Part shown: one piece after another, positions 1-8,213 of the stretch
Layout of the letters: each line of letters begins with the position of its first letter
Position numbering within the stretch: the first letter of the stretch is position 1
DNA from: Hyphomonas sp.
GTDB lineage: Bacteria; Pseudomonadota; Alphaproteobacteria; Caulobacterales; Hyphomonadaceae
Length of the DNA stretch: 64,000 nucleotides
Assembly (NCBI RefSeq): GCF_013791775.1
Contig: NZ_VMTE01000007.1
Direction: 5' to 3' (one strand)
Program-made: the position numbers and the translations under genes
The notes under the pieces: model-generated
The model's database searches: none
The model's input: only the letters and a program-made list of their open reading frames with translations
What the model was told of the DNA's origin: nothing

Positions 1-330
1 GCCATACTCCCAAGAGGAGGAGAAGCGCTTATGGTCCGTATCGACCGCCATGATGTCTTCGTACAGGGTGACCGACCAGTAGGGGCCGACGAAACTGTCC
101 GGCGTGAAGTGGACCGGGTCTTCTTTGCGCAAGCGCTCCAGGCGGTCCCAGAACTTGCCTTGGCGCCAGACTTCGGGATCGACGACATCAAGGGTCGCCA
201 GGTCGAGTTCGGCGGCCGGTTTCACTTCGCCATAGGTCTCGGTGTAGCCCGGATGCATGGGCTCGCGCGCCGTCACTTTCGGGCGTTCGAGCGCGGGGTG
301 GTTTTCGAAGGAGAAAGTGTCGGCAGCCAT
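1..330 (-). CDS. cytochrome P450, CYP153-like (N-terminal ~110 aa; gene continues beyond window start)
   Basis: Not in the ORF track because it is open at the window edge. Reverse translation from ATG (cat at 328-330), preceded by GGAGG (complement of 339-343), gives MAADTFSFENHPALERP...LRKEDPVHFTPDSFVGPYWSVTLYEDIMAVDTDHKRFSS. This matches the conserved N-terminal block of CYP153 alkane hydroxylases (EDPVH...GPYWSVTKY.DIMAV....FSS). Confidence 0.8.
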   Translation of the reverse strand, partial: MAADTFSFENHPALERPKVTAREPMHPGYTETYGEVKPAAELDLATLDVVDPEVWRQGKFWDRLERLRKEDPVHFTPDSFVGPYWSVTLYEDIMAVDTDHKRFSSSWEYG

Positions 331-397
331 GATTGATCCTCCGGGGGTGTGCCCATCTGCGGGGCGATTGAACGCTATGGGAATTGTTTAGCACATC

Positions 398-428
398 GAA
401 AAATAAAAAACCATGACGCATGCGTCAT
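398..428 (-). terminator. rho-independent terminator after the DUF2244 gene
   Basis: Perfect 16-nt palindrome ATGACGCATGCGTCAT (413-428), followed on the minus strand by GGTTTTTTATTTTT. It lies 20 nt downstream of the stop at 448-450. Confidence 0.7.
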
Positions 429-447
429 TTTTATGTGAACGCGGCGC

Positions 448-936
448 TCAGGCCGGCAGGCGCTCGGCCCGGGCGGCCAGCAGGGCCTTGCGCAAGGCGA
501 CCGCGAAGGACTTTCGCTCGTCCGGCGTCAGGAAACGGCCGATCACGAAGGCGGTGCGGCCATGTTCGATTCGCAGCCAGCTGGCATGGGTGACCGGTTC
601 GGCCAGCTCGATGCGGGCAAACGCCGACGGAACCTCGGCTTCTTTCTTGCGGCCCCTGGCGTCGGTATGGTGCATCCGCACGCTCCGGGCGGTGACGACC
701 ACGCGCGTCTGCTCCCGCTGCTGGCGGAAGGACAGGCGGAAGGCCAGCCAGATGGCGGCCATGTCCAGCCCGAAGAAGCCGAGGATCGGCGCGGCGCCCA
801 TCGACCAGAACAGCAGGCCGGTAAGGAAGAACACGACCGCCACGATGGCCATGCCGATGGCAAAGCCGCGTTCGCTGAGGGAGCGGTTGGGCGTCAGGAC
901 GGCGTCGAGATAGATGGTTTCGGCAGGCTGGATCAT
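448..936 (-). CDS. DUF2244-type small integral membrane protein
   Basis: C-terminal 162 aa of track ORF 448..1626, starting at MIQPAETIYLD (cat at 934-936). It has two hydrophobic helices (GFAIGMAIVAVVFFLTGLLFWSMGAAPILGFFGLDMAAIWLAF) followed by a soluble tail. The upstream part of the track ORF is antisense to nth and spurious. Confidence 0.6.
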   Translation of the reverse strand: MIQPAETIYLDAVLTPNRSLSERGFAIGMAIVAVVFFLTGLLFWSMGAAPILGFFGLDMAAIWLAFRLSFRQQREQTRVVVTARSVRMHHTDARGRKKEAEVPSAFARIELAEPVTHASWLRIEHGRTAFVIGRFLTPDERKSFAVALRKALLAARAERLPA

Positions 937-984
937 GTCAGGAAAACTACCTAACACGCCCTTGCGCCGGAAAAAGGGCGCTCT

Positions 985-1710
985 ATGCCTCACCTGATGG
1001 CCAAGGCAACGCACCCCAGATCGAAGTTCACCCGCGCGAAAGCGGCGGAGCTGTTCGCCGCGCTCGCTGCCGACCGTCCGGACCCGCGCACCGAGCTGGA
1101 CTTCGTCAACCCCTTCACGCTGGTCGTCGCAGTGGCGCTGTCGGCGCAGGCGACCGATGTGGGGGTCAACAAGGCCACCAAGAAGCTGTTCGCGGCGGCC
1201 GACACGCCGGAGAAGATGCTGGCACTGGGAGAGGAAGGCGTCGCCGCCCATATCAGGACCATCGGCCTCTGGCGGAACAAGGCGAAGAACGTCATCGCGC
1301 TGAGCCGGAAGATCCTTGAGGACTTCGGCGGTGAGGTGCCCCGCACCCGCGAGGCGCTGATCACGCTGCCGGGCGTTGGCCGCAAGACGGCGAACGTGGT
1401 GCTGAACGAAGCCTTCGGCGAGCCGACCATCGCGGTCGACACCCACATCTTCCGCGTCGCCAACCGCACCGGCCTCGCCCCCGGCAAGACACCGGACCAG
1501 GTCGAGGCGGGGCTGGAGCGCATCACGCCGGCCGAGTTCAGGAAAGGCGCCCACCACTGGCTGATCCTGCACGGTCGATATGTGTGCAAGGCGCGCACAC
1601 CGGAATGCTGGCAGTGCGCGATACATGATCTGTGTGCATACAAACCAAAGACGCCGGATCCGGGGAAGGTGGGGAAGCTGGGGCCGCGTGGGCCCCGGAA
1701 AGTGACCTGA
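985..1710 (+). CDS. nth: endonuclease III
   Basis: Track ORF 985..1710. It carries the HhH-GPD signature LPGVGRKTANVVL and the C-terminal Fe-S cluster cysteines CKARTPECWQCAIHDLC. Confidence 0.93.
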   Translation: MPHLMAKATHPRSKFTRAKAAELFAALAADRPDPRTELDFVNPFTLVVAVALSAQATDVGVNKATKKLFAAADTPEKMLALGEEGVAAHIRTIGLWRNKAKNVIALSRKILEDFGGEVPRTREALITLPGVGRKTANVVLNEAFGEPTIAVDTHIFRVANRTGLAPGKTPDQVEAGLERITPAEFRKGAHHWLILHGRYVCKARTPECWQCAIHDLCAYKPKTPDPGKVGKLGPRGPRKVT

Positions 1711-1713
1711 GAA

Positions 1714-1736
1714 CCCCTCTCCCTTGGGAGAAGGGG
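1714..1736. terminator. GC-rich hairpin between convergent genes (possible bidirectional terminator / REP-like)
   Basis: CCCCTCTCCC-TTG-GGAGAAGGGG imperfect hairpin located between the nth stop (1710) and the stop of the ATP-grasp gene (1738). There is no U-tract. Confidence 0.4.
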
Positions 1737-1737
1737 C

Positions 1738-2613
1738 TTAGAGTGCGAGCCTTCGCGCCACGCCCGCCGCCATCCGTTCGCCCAGTTCCGGGCCCTCGAC
1801 CGGATAGAGATACGGCTCGATCACTTCCAGTTCCATCAGGCGCAGCGCGCCATCCGCCCCGCGCAGCATGTCCACGCGGCCGTAAAGCGGGGGCTCGTCC
1901 AGCGCGGCGATGATGGCCTGCGCTGCGGCCAGATCGTCCGCAGACGGCGTGATCTTCTCCTCGCGTCCGCCATAGGTGGACTGGATGCGGTAGTCGCCCG
2001 GTTGCGCGCGTTTGACGAGGGCGTGGCAGAACGCGCCGTCGATGAAAATAAAGGAGAGCTCGCCCTCAGTCTGGATCATCGGCAGGAAGGGTTGAACCAT
2101 CATCGCGTGCGGCATGGCGGGCACAGGCTCGCCGCGCTTCAGGCGGTGCTGGCCTTTGGCGCCCGCGCCAACCTGGCGCTTGAACACGAGATCGTCCGCG
2201 CCCAGCGTATCGAACGCGGCCCGGGCCGACGCCTCCGTCACCTCGTCCAGCCAGACGGTGGGGATCAGCTTCGCGCCTTTGGCTTCAAGGTCGCGCAGGT
2301 AGGTCTTGCGGATGTTCCATTCGACCAGCGACACGGGGTTGAACAGCAACGTCCGGCTTTCGATACGGCGAAGGGCCGCGAGGAACTCGTCCAGCCGGTC
2401 CCAATAGTCCCAGGTCGTGCCGATGAGGACGCCGGCATAGCTCGCCCAGTCGGCCTTCGCATCGTCCCAGGACACGTCCTCGAGGCTGAGACCCCGGTTC
2501 GCGAACGGGCCGCGCAGGGCGTCCATCATGTAGTCATGCTCGAAGGCATCGGTGCGGCGCACGAGCGAGCCGGGCAGGGTGACGCGGCTGGCGAGATAGG
2601 CGATCTTTTTCAT
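1738..2613 (-). CDS. ATP-grasp domain protein (RimK/glutathione-synthetase-like)
   Basis: Track ORF 1738..2904 trimmed to MKKIAYLASRV (cat at 2611-2613). The overall pattern resembles ATP-grasp ligases (VFKRQVGAGAKG..., GELSFIFIDG..., RVDMLRGADGALRLMELEVIEP). The upstream part overlaps the next gene. Confidence 0.6.
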   Translation of the reverse strand: MKKIAYLASRVTLPGSLVRRTDAFEHDYMMDALRGPFANRGLSLEDVSWDDAKADWASYAGVLIGTTWDYWDRLDEFLAALRRIESRTLLFNPVSLVEWNIRKTYLRDLEAKGAKLIPTVWLDEVTEASARAAFDTLGADDLVFKRQVGAGAKGQHRLKRGEPVPAMPHAMMVQPFLPMIQTEGELSFIFIDGAFCHALVKRAQPGDYRIQSTYGGREEKITPSADDLAAAQAIIAALDEPPLYGRVDMLRGADGALRLMELEVIEPYLYPVEGPELGERMAAGVARRLAL

Positions 2614-2704
2614 GGCGGGGGCTGTAATGAGGTCCGGGCCTTGTGTCCACGCCCCCTGTCTGGCAAGGGCCGGGACTTCGGCACAAGCAAGGGAACCGGC
2701 GGGC

Positions 2705-3703
2705 ATGGCGAGCGCGAAATATGATGTGGTGGGGCTCGGCAATGCCATCGTGGACGTGCTGGCCATTGCCGACGAGAAGTTCCTTGCCGATCTCGGCATC
2801 GAGAAGGACGCGATGCAGCTGATCGAGGAGCCTCGCGCCGAGGAGCTGACCCGGCTGGCGCGCGAGCCGGTCATCACGTCCGGCGGATCGGGCGCCAACA
2901 CCATCGCCGGCCTCGCCAGCTTCGGCGCCTCGGCCGGCTATATCGGCAAGATCGCCGATGATGAACTTGGCCACCAGTTCATGCGCGAGATGATGGCCTC
3001 CGGCGTGCCCTTCCACACCCGTCCGCTGACGGAAGGGCCCGCCACCGCCCGCTCGATCATTTTCGTGACCGACGACGGCCACCGCAGCATGAACACCTTC
3101 CTCGGCGCCTCGGTCCTGTTCTCGAAGGACGACGTGGACGCCGTCATGGTTCGCAACGGCGAGATTCTCTATCTGGAAGGCTACCTGTTCGACAAGGAAG
3201 AGGCGAAGGCCGCCTTCGTGCACGCCGCCGAGATCGCCAAGGCCGCCGGCCGCAAGGTGGCGGTGACGCTGTCGGACAGTTTCTGCGTGGACCGCCACCG
3301 CGCGAGTTTCCGCCAGCTGGTGCGCGGCTTTGCCGACATCGTGTTCGCCAATGAGGCGGAGCTGTTGTCGCTTTACGAAACGCAGGATTTCGACGCGGCG
3401 CTCAGCGCGTTGCAGGCCGATTGCGCCGTTGCGGCCGTGACGCGCAGCGCCAAGGGCTCGGTTGTCATTGGCGACGGTGCGCCGATCGCCGTAGCGGCAG
3501 AGCCGGTGAAGAAGGTGATCGACACGACCGGCGCCGGTGATCAGTATGCGGCCGGATTCCTCTTCGGAATCGCGCGCGGCCTGCCGCTGGCTACCTGCGC
3601 CCGCCTCGGCCATATCGCTGCCGCCGAAGTGATCTCGCATTTCGGTCCGCGCCCGGAGCAATCCTACAAGGCGCTGGCGGAGAAGGCCGGCGTTTTTGCT
3701 TAA
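2705..3703 (+). CDS. PfkB-family kinase, adenosine kinase-like
   Basis: Track ORF 2612..3703 trimmed to MASAKYDVVGLGNAIVDV (ATG 2705). It has the PfkB motifs GGSGANT and DTTGAGDQYAAGF. Confidence 0.85.
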   Translation: MASAKYDVVGLGNAIVDVLAIADEKFLADLGIEKDAMQLIEEPRAEELTRLAREPVITSGGSGANTIAGLASFGASAGYIGKIADDELGHQFMREMMASGVPFHTRPLTEGPATARSIIFVTDDGHRSMNTFLGASVLFSKDDVDAVMVRNGEILYLEGYLFDKEEAKAAFVHAAEIAKAAGRKVAVTLSDSFCVDRHRASFRQLVRGFADIVFANEAELLSLYETQDFDAALSALQADCAVAAVTRSAKGSVVIGDGAPIAVAAEPVKKVIDTTGAGDQYAAGFLFGIARGLPLATCARLGHIAAAEVISHFGPRPEQSYKALAEKAGVFA

Positions 3704-3712
3704 GGTCTAGAG

Positions 3713-3810
3713 CCCCACCCTAACCCTCCCCATTCCGGGGAGGGGACAGGTTGTACTTCAGGCTGGACGCGGCATGTCCCCTCCCCGGAATGGGGAAGGT
3801 CAGGGTGGGG
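3713..3810. repeat. palindromic intergenic element, copy A (36-bp inverted arms)
   Basis: Left arm CCCCACCCTAACCCTCCCCATTCCGGGGAGGGGACA (3713-3748). Right arm TGTCCCCTCCCCGGAATGGGGAAGGTCAGGGTGGGG (3775-3810). The arms are complementary except at 2 positions. The element sits between convergent stops at 3703 and 3829. Confidence 0.9.
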
Positions 3811-3828
3811 CAAGGCAATCGCTATATT

Positions 3829-4419
3829 CTAGGCCAGCGCCCGCTCCACATAATCCAGCCGGTCGTGACCAAAGAACAGGTCGTCGTCCACGAAGAAGCT
3901 CGGTGCGCCGAACACGCCGCGCGCGATCGCTCCGTCGGTCGTGGTCTTCAGTTTTTCCTTGTTCGCCGGATCGCTCGCCATCGCGGCGATGGCGGCCGGG
4001 TCAAACCCGTTCTCGGTGCACAGCGCCGCCACCTTTGCCATGTCACCGAGATCCACCGGGTCGGGGTGGCCCCAGGCGGCATCGAACAGCGTGAGGACGA
4101 AGCGGCGCTGCTCGGCCTTGTCGGTCATGCCGGTCGTCGCGCGCAGAACGCCGAGCGTATTCATCGGGAAGGCGGGGTTCATGTGCATCGGAATGCCGAT
4201 ATGCGCCGCGCAGCGCTGCAGGTCGCGGGCGAGGTATTTTGCCTTGGCGGGCACCGTGCCGGGCGGCCGGTTGCCGCTGCCCTGCATCACCCCGCCGAGA
4301 AACATCGGCCGCAGCACCATTTCCTTGCCCGTGCGCGCCTCCACGCCCAACGCCACCGGCACCGCGAGATACGCGGTCGGGCTTGTGTAATCGAAGAAAA
4401 ACTCGAAGAATCTCGCCAT
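3829..4419 (-). CDS. 2-hydroxychromene-2-carboxylate isomerase family protein (DsbA-like thioredoxin fold)
   Basis: Track ORF 3829..4425, with the ATG at 4417-4419 (MARFFEFFFDYTSPTAYLA). The C-terminal GVFGAPSFFVDDDLFFGHDRL is typical of the HCCA isomerase / DsbA-like family. Confidence 0.8.
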   Translation of the reverse strand: MARFFEFFFDYTSPTAYLAVPVALGVEARTGKEMVLRPMFLGGVMQGSGNRPPGTVPAKAKYLARDLQRCAAHIGIPMHMNPAFPMNTLGVLRATTGMTDKAEQRRFVLTLFDAAWGHPDPVDLGDMAKVAALCTENGFDPAAIAAMASDPANKEKLKTTTDGAIARGVFGAPSFFVDDDLFFGHDRLDYVERALA

Positions 4420-4479
4420 GTTCACGTTCCCTGCGTTTTGTTTTGGAACTTATGTCAAACTGGTTTAGAGGTGTCACCC

Positions 4480-4818
4480 ATGAAATGGTCAGAACTCTCG
4501 GACAACTGGTGCCCCGTCGCCCGAACCCTCTCGGTCGTGGGGGACCGCTGGACGTTGCTGATCCTGCGCGATGCCTATCTCGGCAAGTCGAAGTTCGAGG
4601 AGTTCGCCGAATCGAGCGGCATGACGCGCCATATCCTGGCCGAGCGCCTGAAGCGCCTCGTGGAAGAAGGCGTGCTTGAACGCCGCCTCTATTCCAGCGC
4701 GCCGAAGCGCTACGACTACGTGCTGACAGAAAAGGGCGAGGAACTTCGCCCGGCCCTGCGCGTCATGAAGGACTGGGGCAAGAAACACATGCCGGTGCGG
4801 CGCGAGGCGAAGGCCTGA
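4480..4818 (+). CDS. HxlR-family winged-helix transcriptional regulator
   Basis: C-terminal 112 aa of track ORF 3751..4818, starting MKWSELSDNWCPVARTLSVVGDRWTLLILRD (ATG 4480). This is the canonical HxlR signature. It is divergent from the isomerase gene. Confidence 0.88.
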   Translation: MKWSELSDNWCPVARTLSVVGDRWTLLILRDAYLGKSKFEEFAESSGMTRHILAERLKRLVEEGVLERRLYSSAPKRYDYVLTEKGEELRPALRVMKDWGKKHMPVRREAKA

Positions 4819-4821
4819 AGG

Positions 4822-4936
4822 CCCCACCCTGACCGTCCCCGTTCCGGGGAGGGGACATGTCGCCCTGTTGTGCTCACCCAGCTCTCCCCGGAGTGCAATC
4901 TGTCCCCTCCCCGGAACGGGGACGGTCAGGGTGGGG
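4822..4936. repeat. palindromic intergenic element, copy B (perfect 36-bp inverted arms)
   Basis: CCCCACCCTGACCGTCCCCGTTCCGGGGAGGGGACA (4822-4857) and its exact reverse complement (4901-4936), separated by a 43-nt spacer. It lies between convergent stops at 4818 and 5004. The arms are near-identical to copy A. Confidence 0.92.
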
Positions 4937-5003
4937 CGAGGCACGGGAGTCCGTTCCGGATATTCTGCTCACCCCTTCGCGGGGATGAGTGGATTGGAAT
5001 AAC

Positions 5004-6311
5004 CTACAAAATAAACTTCGACAGATCCGCATTCCCCGCCAGCGTGCCGACCTTTTCATCGACATAGGCCGCCGTGATCACGAAGGTCTCGCCCGCCTTG
5101 TCCGGCGCGTCGAAGCTGATCTCGTCGAGCAGGCGTTCGAGCACGGTCTGTAATCTGCGTGCACCGATGTTCTCGACGGACTTGTTCACCGCTTCGGCGA
5201 GATCGGCGAGGCGGTCGATGGCGGCGTCCTCGAAGATCAGCGTCACGTTCTCGGCCGCCATCAGCGCTTCGTATTGCTTGATCAGGCTCGCCTCGGGTTC
5301 CACCAGGATGCGGCGCAGGTCGTTGCGCGACAGCGGCTCCAGTTCCACGCGGATCGGCAGGCGGCCCTGCAGCTCAGGCAGCAGGTCTGACGGCTTCGAG
5401 ACGTGGAAGGCGCCGGATGCGATGAACAGGATGTGGTCCGTCTTCACGGCGCCGCGTTTTGTTGAAACGGTTGTGCCTTCGATCAGGGGAAGCAGGTCGC
5501 GCTGCACGCCTTCGCGGCTGACGTCTGCGCCGCCGCGATCCTTGCGGGCAGCGATCTTGTCGATCTCGTCGAGGAAGACGATGCCATCCTCTTCCACAGC
5601 GCTCAGGGCTTCGCGGACAACCTGTTCTTCGTCCACCAGCTTGTCGGCTTCTTCGGTGAGCAGCGGCTTGCAGGCTTCCTTCACGGTCGTCCGTACACGT
5701 TTGGTCCGGTTGCCCATCGCCTTGCCGAGCATTTCGGAGAGATTGATCATGCTCATCGAACCCTGCTGGCCCGGCAGGTCGAACATCTGCATCGGGCCGG
5801 CGCCGGCTTCCGCCAGGTCGATGTCCACTTCCTTGTCGTCCAGCTCCCCGGCGCGCAGCTTGCGGCGGAAGACTTCGCGCGTCGAGCTTTGCGCCTCGGC
5901 GCCGACGAGGGCGTCGAGCAGGCGTTCCTCGGCCTTGTCCTGCGCCGCCTTGCCGACAGCGGCGCGCTTCTGCTCGCGCACCATACCGACGGCGGCTTCC
6001 ACCAGATCGCGGATGATCTGTTCGACATCGCGCCCGACATAGCCGACTTCGGTGAACTTGGTCGCCTCGACCTTCAGGAAGGGCGCATTGGCGAGGCGCG
6101 CGAGGCGGCGTGACACTTCGGTCTTGCCCACGCCGGTCGGGCCGATCATCAGGATGTTCTTCGGCGTGATCTCGCCGCGCAGGTTTTCCGGGGCCTGCTT
6201 GCGCCGCCACCGGTTGCGCAGGGCAATGGCGACCGCGCGCTTCGCGGCAGTCTGGCCGACGATGTGGCGGTCAAGTTCTGCGACGATTTCGCGGGGGGTC
6301 ATCTGGGTCAT
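5004..6311 (-). CDS. hslU: ATP-dependent protease ATPase subunit HslU
   Basis: Track ORF 5004..6311. The N-terminus [20 protein letters not shown] and the Walker A motif GPTGVGKTE are present. Confidence 0.97.
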   Translation of the reverse strand: MTQMTPREIVAELDRHIVGQTAAKRAVAIALRNRWRRKQAPENLRGEITPKNILMIGPTGVGKTEVSRRLARLANAPFLKVEATKFTEVGYVGRDVEQIIRDLVEAAVGMVREQKRAAVGKAAQDKAEERLLDALVGAEAQSSTREVFRRKLRAGELDDKEVDIDLAEAGAGPMQMFDLPGQQGSMSMINLSEMLGKAMGNRTKRVRTTVKEACKPLLTEEADKLVDEEQVVREALSAVEEDGIVFLDEIDKIAARKDRGGADVSREGVQRDLLPLIEGTTVSTKRGAVKTDHILFIASGAFHVSKPSDLLPELQGRLPIRVELEPLSRNDLRRILVEPEASLIKQYEALMAAENVTLIFEDAAIDRLADLAEAVNKSVENIGARRLQTVLERLLDEISFDAPDKAGETFVITAAYVDEKVGTLAGNADLSKFIL

Positions 6312-6350
6312 GCGGCAGGTCTCGATATGGCTCGGAATGATATGGGATCA

Positions 6351-6400
6351 GTCCACAAGTCGGGGTAGTCCACGGGCTGCTTTGTGGACAGTTTGTGGAC
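6351..6400 (-). other. nested inverted repeat (4 x GTCCAC/GTGGAC) in the spacer upstream of hslU
   Basis: GTCCAC occurs at 6351-6356 and 6368-6373, and GTGGAC at 6384-6389 and 6395-6400. On the sense (minus) RNA, GUCCACAA pairs with UUGUGGAC (outer 8 bp) and GUCCAC pairs with GUGGAC (inner 6 bp). Confidence 0.6.
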
Positions 6401-6405
6401 GGTTT

Positions 6406-7533
6406 TTAAGCGGGTTCGGGCGGGAATATCCGCGCCGCGAGTCCGGTCTGAGGGACCCAGCCGAGCACCCAGCGCCGGGCCGTGTGCCAGCCGCCGCCCA
6501 ACGCGATGATGCCGGTGCCGAGCAGCAGCGTGGTGGCGATGAAGGTGTTGGTGCCGCCCCCGCCCCCGCCCACGGCCTCGACAACCTGCCCGAGCGCCAG
6601 CCAGAAGCTGAGCAGGCTCGACACCACCAGCGCGCGCCGGTTCAGCGCCAGTGACAGAAGGCCCAGCCCGGCGAGACAGGCCAGCAGGATCAGCGCCTCG
6701 AAGGTGCTGGGTGTCGCCGTCGGCGCGCCCATGATCATGCCGCGCAGGCCGAGAATGATCTGCGGCGCCGCCGCCACATGCAGCCAAAAAGCATTATCCG
6801 ACAGCCGCGTGATCCGGCCGGGATCCTTCTGGTCGAACCAGATCGCCGCCGTCAGCGTGACGAGGCCGATCAGGATCGACAGGAGGCCGCCGATCACCAG
6901 ACCGGCATTGCCGAAGAATCCCGCAAACGTGTACGCCGCCGCAGCCGCCGAGACCGCCATCAGGAACATGCAGAAGGGCAGGCGGAAGCGCAGCCAGGCG
7001 AGAGCCGCCGCGCCGCCGCAGCCGAGGAAGGTGCCGATGCCGGTATTGCCGACCGTGCTCCAGGCTTGCGTCAGGCTGGTGACCGTCTCGGCATTCGCGC
7101 CGGTCAGGCCGCTGGCGATCATTCCGACCGACAGGCCGGAATACAGCGTGAAGATCGTGATGGCCGCCATGCTGGGCAGCAGCATCCGCCGCCGGCCACC
7201 GAAATACTCGGCCAGCAGCCACATCACCCCAGCCACCGGCATCAGGATGACCGCGCCGAACGCGCCGGCATTGCCACCCGTGACCATCGACCAGAACTGC
7301 GGCCCGAAAAACAGGCCGGTGATCGCCGTCAGGCCCATGGCCAGGATCACGATGCCGATGGTGATGAAGATGTCATTGAAATTGTTGAGGAAACGCAGGT
7401 TCTCGTCCGAACCTGCGGCCGACTTGACCACCGGGTCGGCGCGGTGGGCGAGAAAGGCTTCCAGCCGGGTCGCCTGATCGCGGGTCAGGATGCCGGCCTC
7501 GACGGCGGCGCGGATTTCCGAACGGTCAAACAT
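6406..7533 (-). CDS. polytopic membrane protein of unknown function, encoded between hslV and hslU
   Basis: Track ORF 6406..7587 trimmed to [16 protein letters not shown] (cat at 7531-7533). It has many Gly/Ala-rich hydrophobic segments. Its start overlaps the hslV stop (7526-7528) by 8 nt. Confidence 0.75.
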   Translation of the reverse strand: MFDRSEIRAAVEAGILTRDQATRLEAFLAHRADPVVKSAAGSDENLRFLNNFNDIFITIGIVILAMGLTAITGLFFGPQFWSMVTGGNAGAFGAVILMPVAGVMWLLAEYFGGRRRMLLPSMAAITIFTLYSGLSVGMIASGLTGANAETVTSLTQAWSTVGNTGIGTFLGCGGAAALAWLRFRLPFCMFLMAVSAAAAAYTFAGFFGNAGLVIGGLLSILIGLVTLTAAIWFDQKDPGRITRLSDNAFWLHVAAAPQIILGLRGMIMGAPTATPSTFEALILLACLAGLGLLSLALNRRALVVSSLLSFWLALGQVVEAVGGGGGGTNTFIATTLLLGTGIIALGGGWHTARRWVLGWVPQTGLAARIFPPEPA

Positions 7534-8083
7534 CCAGGGTTTCCAGCGTGAAATGATTGTTCGTGTAAACGCAGATGTCCGCCGCAATCGTCATCGCCTT
7601 GCGCCCGATCAATTCGGCGTCCTGTTCATACTCATACAGGCCGCGCGCCGCTGCCAGCGCGAAGTTGCCGCCCGAGCCGATGGCCACGACCGGGTGTTCG
7701 GGTTCCAGAACGTCGCCGGATCCGGTGATCACCAGCGTGCTCGTCCGGTCGGCGACGATCAACAAGGCCTCGAGCTTCTGCAGGTAGCGCTCGGTGCGCC
7801 AGTCCTTCGCCAGCTCGACCGCCGCGCGCTGCAACTGGCCGGGAAAACGCTCCAGCTTCTGTTCCAGACGCTCGAACAGGGTGAAGGCATCGGCTGTTGC
7901 CCCGGCGAATCCGGCGAGGATCTTGCCATCGGCAATCCGGCGGACCTTGCGGGCATTGCCCTTCATGATGGTGGAGCCCATCGAGACTTGCCCGTCCGAG
8001 AGCATCACGAGCTTGCTGCCCTTGCGCACAGCCAGCACAGTCGTACCATGCCAGCCAGGGCCGGAATTTTCTTGCATTGTCAT
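7526..8083 (-). CDS. hslV: ATP-dependent protease subunit HslV
   Basis: Track ORF 7526..8119. It contains [26 protein letters not shown] with the catalytic Thr-Thr, plus [14 protein letters not shown]. The start is placed at ATG 8081-8083 (MTMQENSG) but is uncertain. Confidence 0.93.
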   Translation of the reverse strand: MTMQENSGPGWHGTTVLAVRKGSKLVMLSDGQVSMGSTIMKGNARKVRRIADGKILAGFAGATADAFTLFERLEQKLERFPGQLQRAAVELAKDWRTERYLQKLEALLIVADRTSTLVITGSGDVLEPEHPVVAIGSGGNFALAAARGLYEYEQDAELIGRKAMTIAADICVYTNNHFTLETLDV

Positions 8084-8141
8084 GGGCCTGAAAGTGGCGT
8101 GGTTGCCCCGCCAAAGCAAGGGATCGCCGCGCTGTGCGGAA

Positions 8142-8170
8142 TTGTGACGGTTCTGTCACGGAACTGTCGC
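8142..8170 (+). promoter_or_regulatory. Pho box (PhoB binding site) upstream of pstC
   Basis: TTGTGAC-GGTT-CTGTCAC-GGAA-CTGTCGC gives three 7-bp CTGTCAC-like direct repeats at 11-bp periodicity. The site ends 44 nt before the pstC ATG. Confidence 0.7.
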
Positions 8171-8213
8171 ATACGGCTCCTAAGGAAACGCTGAAGACGC
8201 CACAGGGTTCGAC

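Noticed and set aside
3751-4818. 355-aa plus-strand ORF spanning palindromic element copy A and the isomerase gene.
   Set aside because: Only the last 112 aa (from ATG 4480) form a coherent HxlR regulator. The upstream part starts with TTG inside the repeat element and is antisense to a well-supported DsbA-like gene.
6541-6575. GC-only run (GCCGCCCCCGCCCCCGCCC) as a slippage-prone repeat or G-quadruplex.
   Set aside because: It encodes the GGGGGG segment of the membrane protein in frame. It is short, and there is no evidence of a frameshift or variation within the window.
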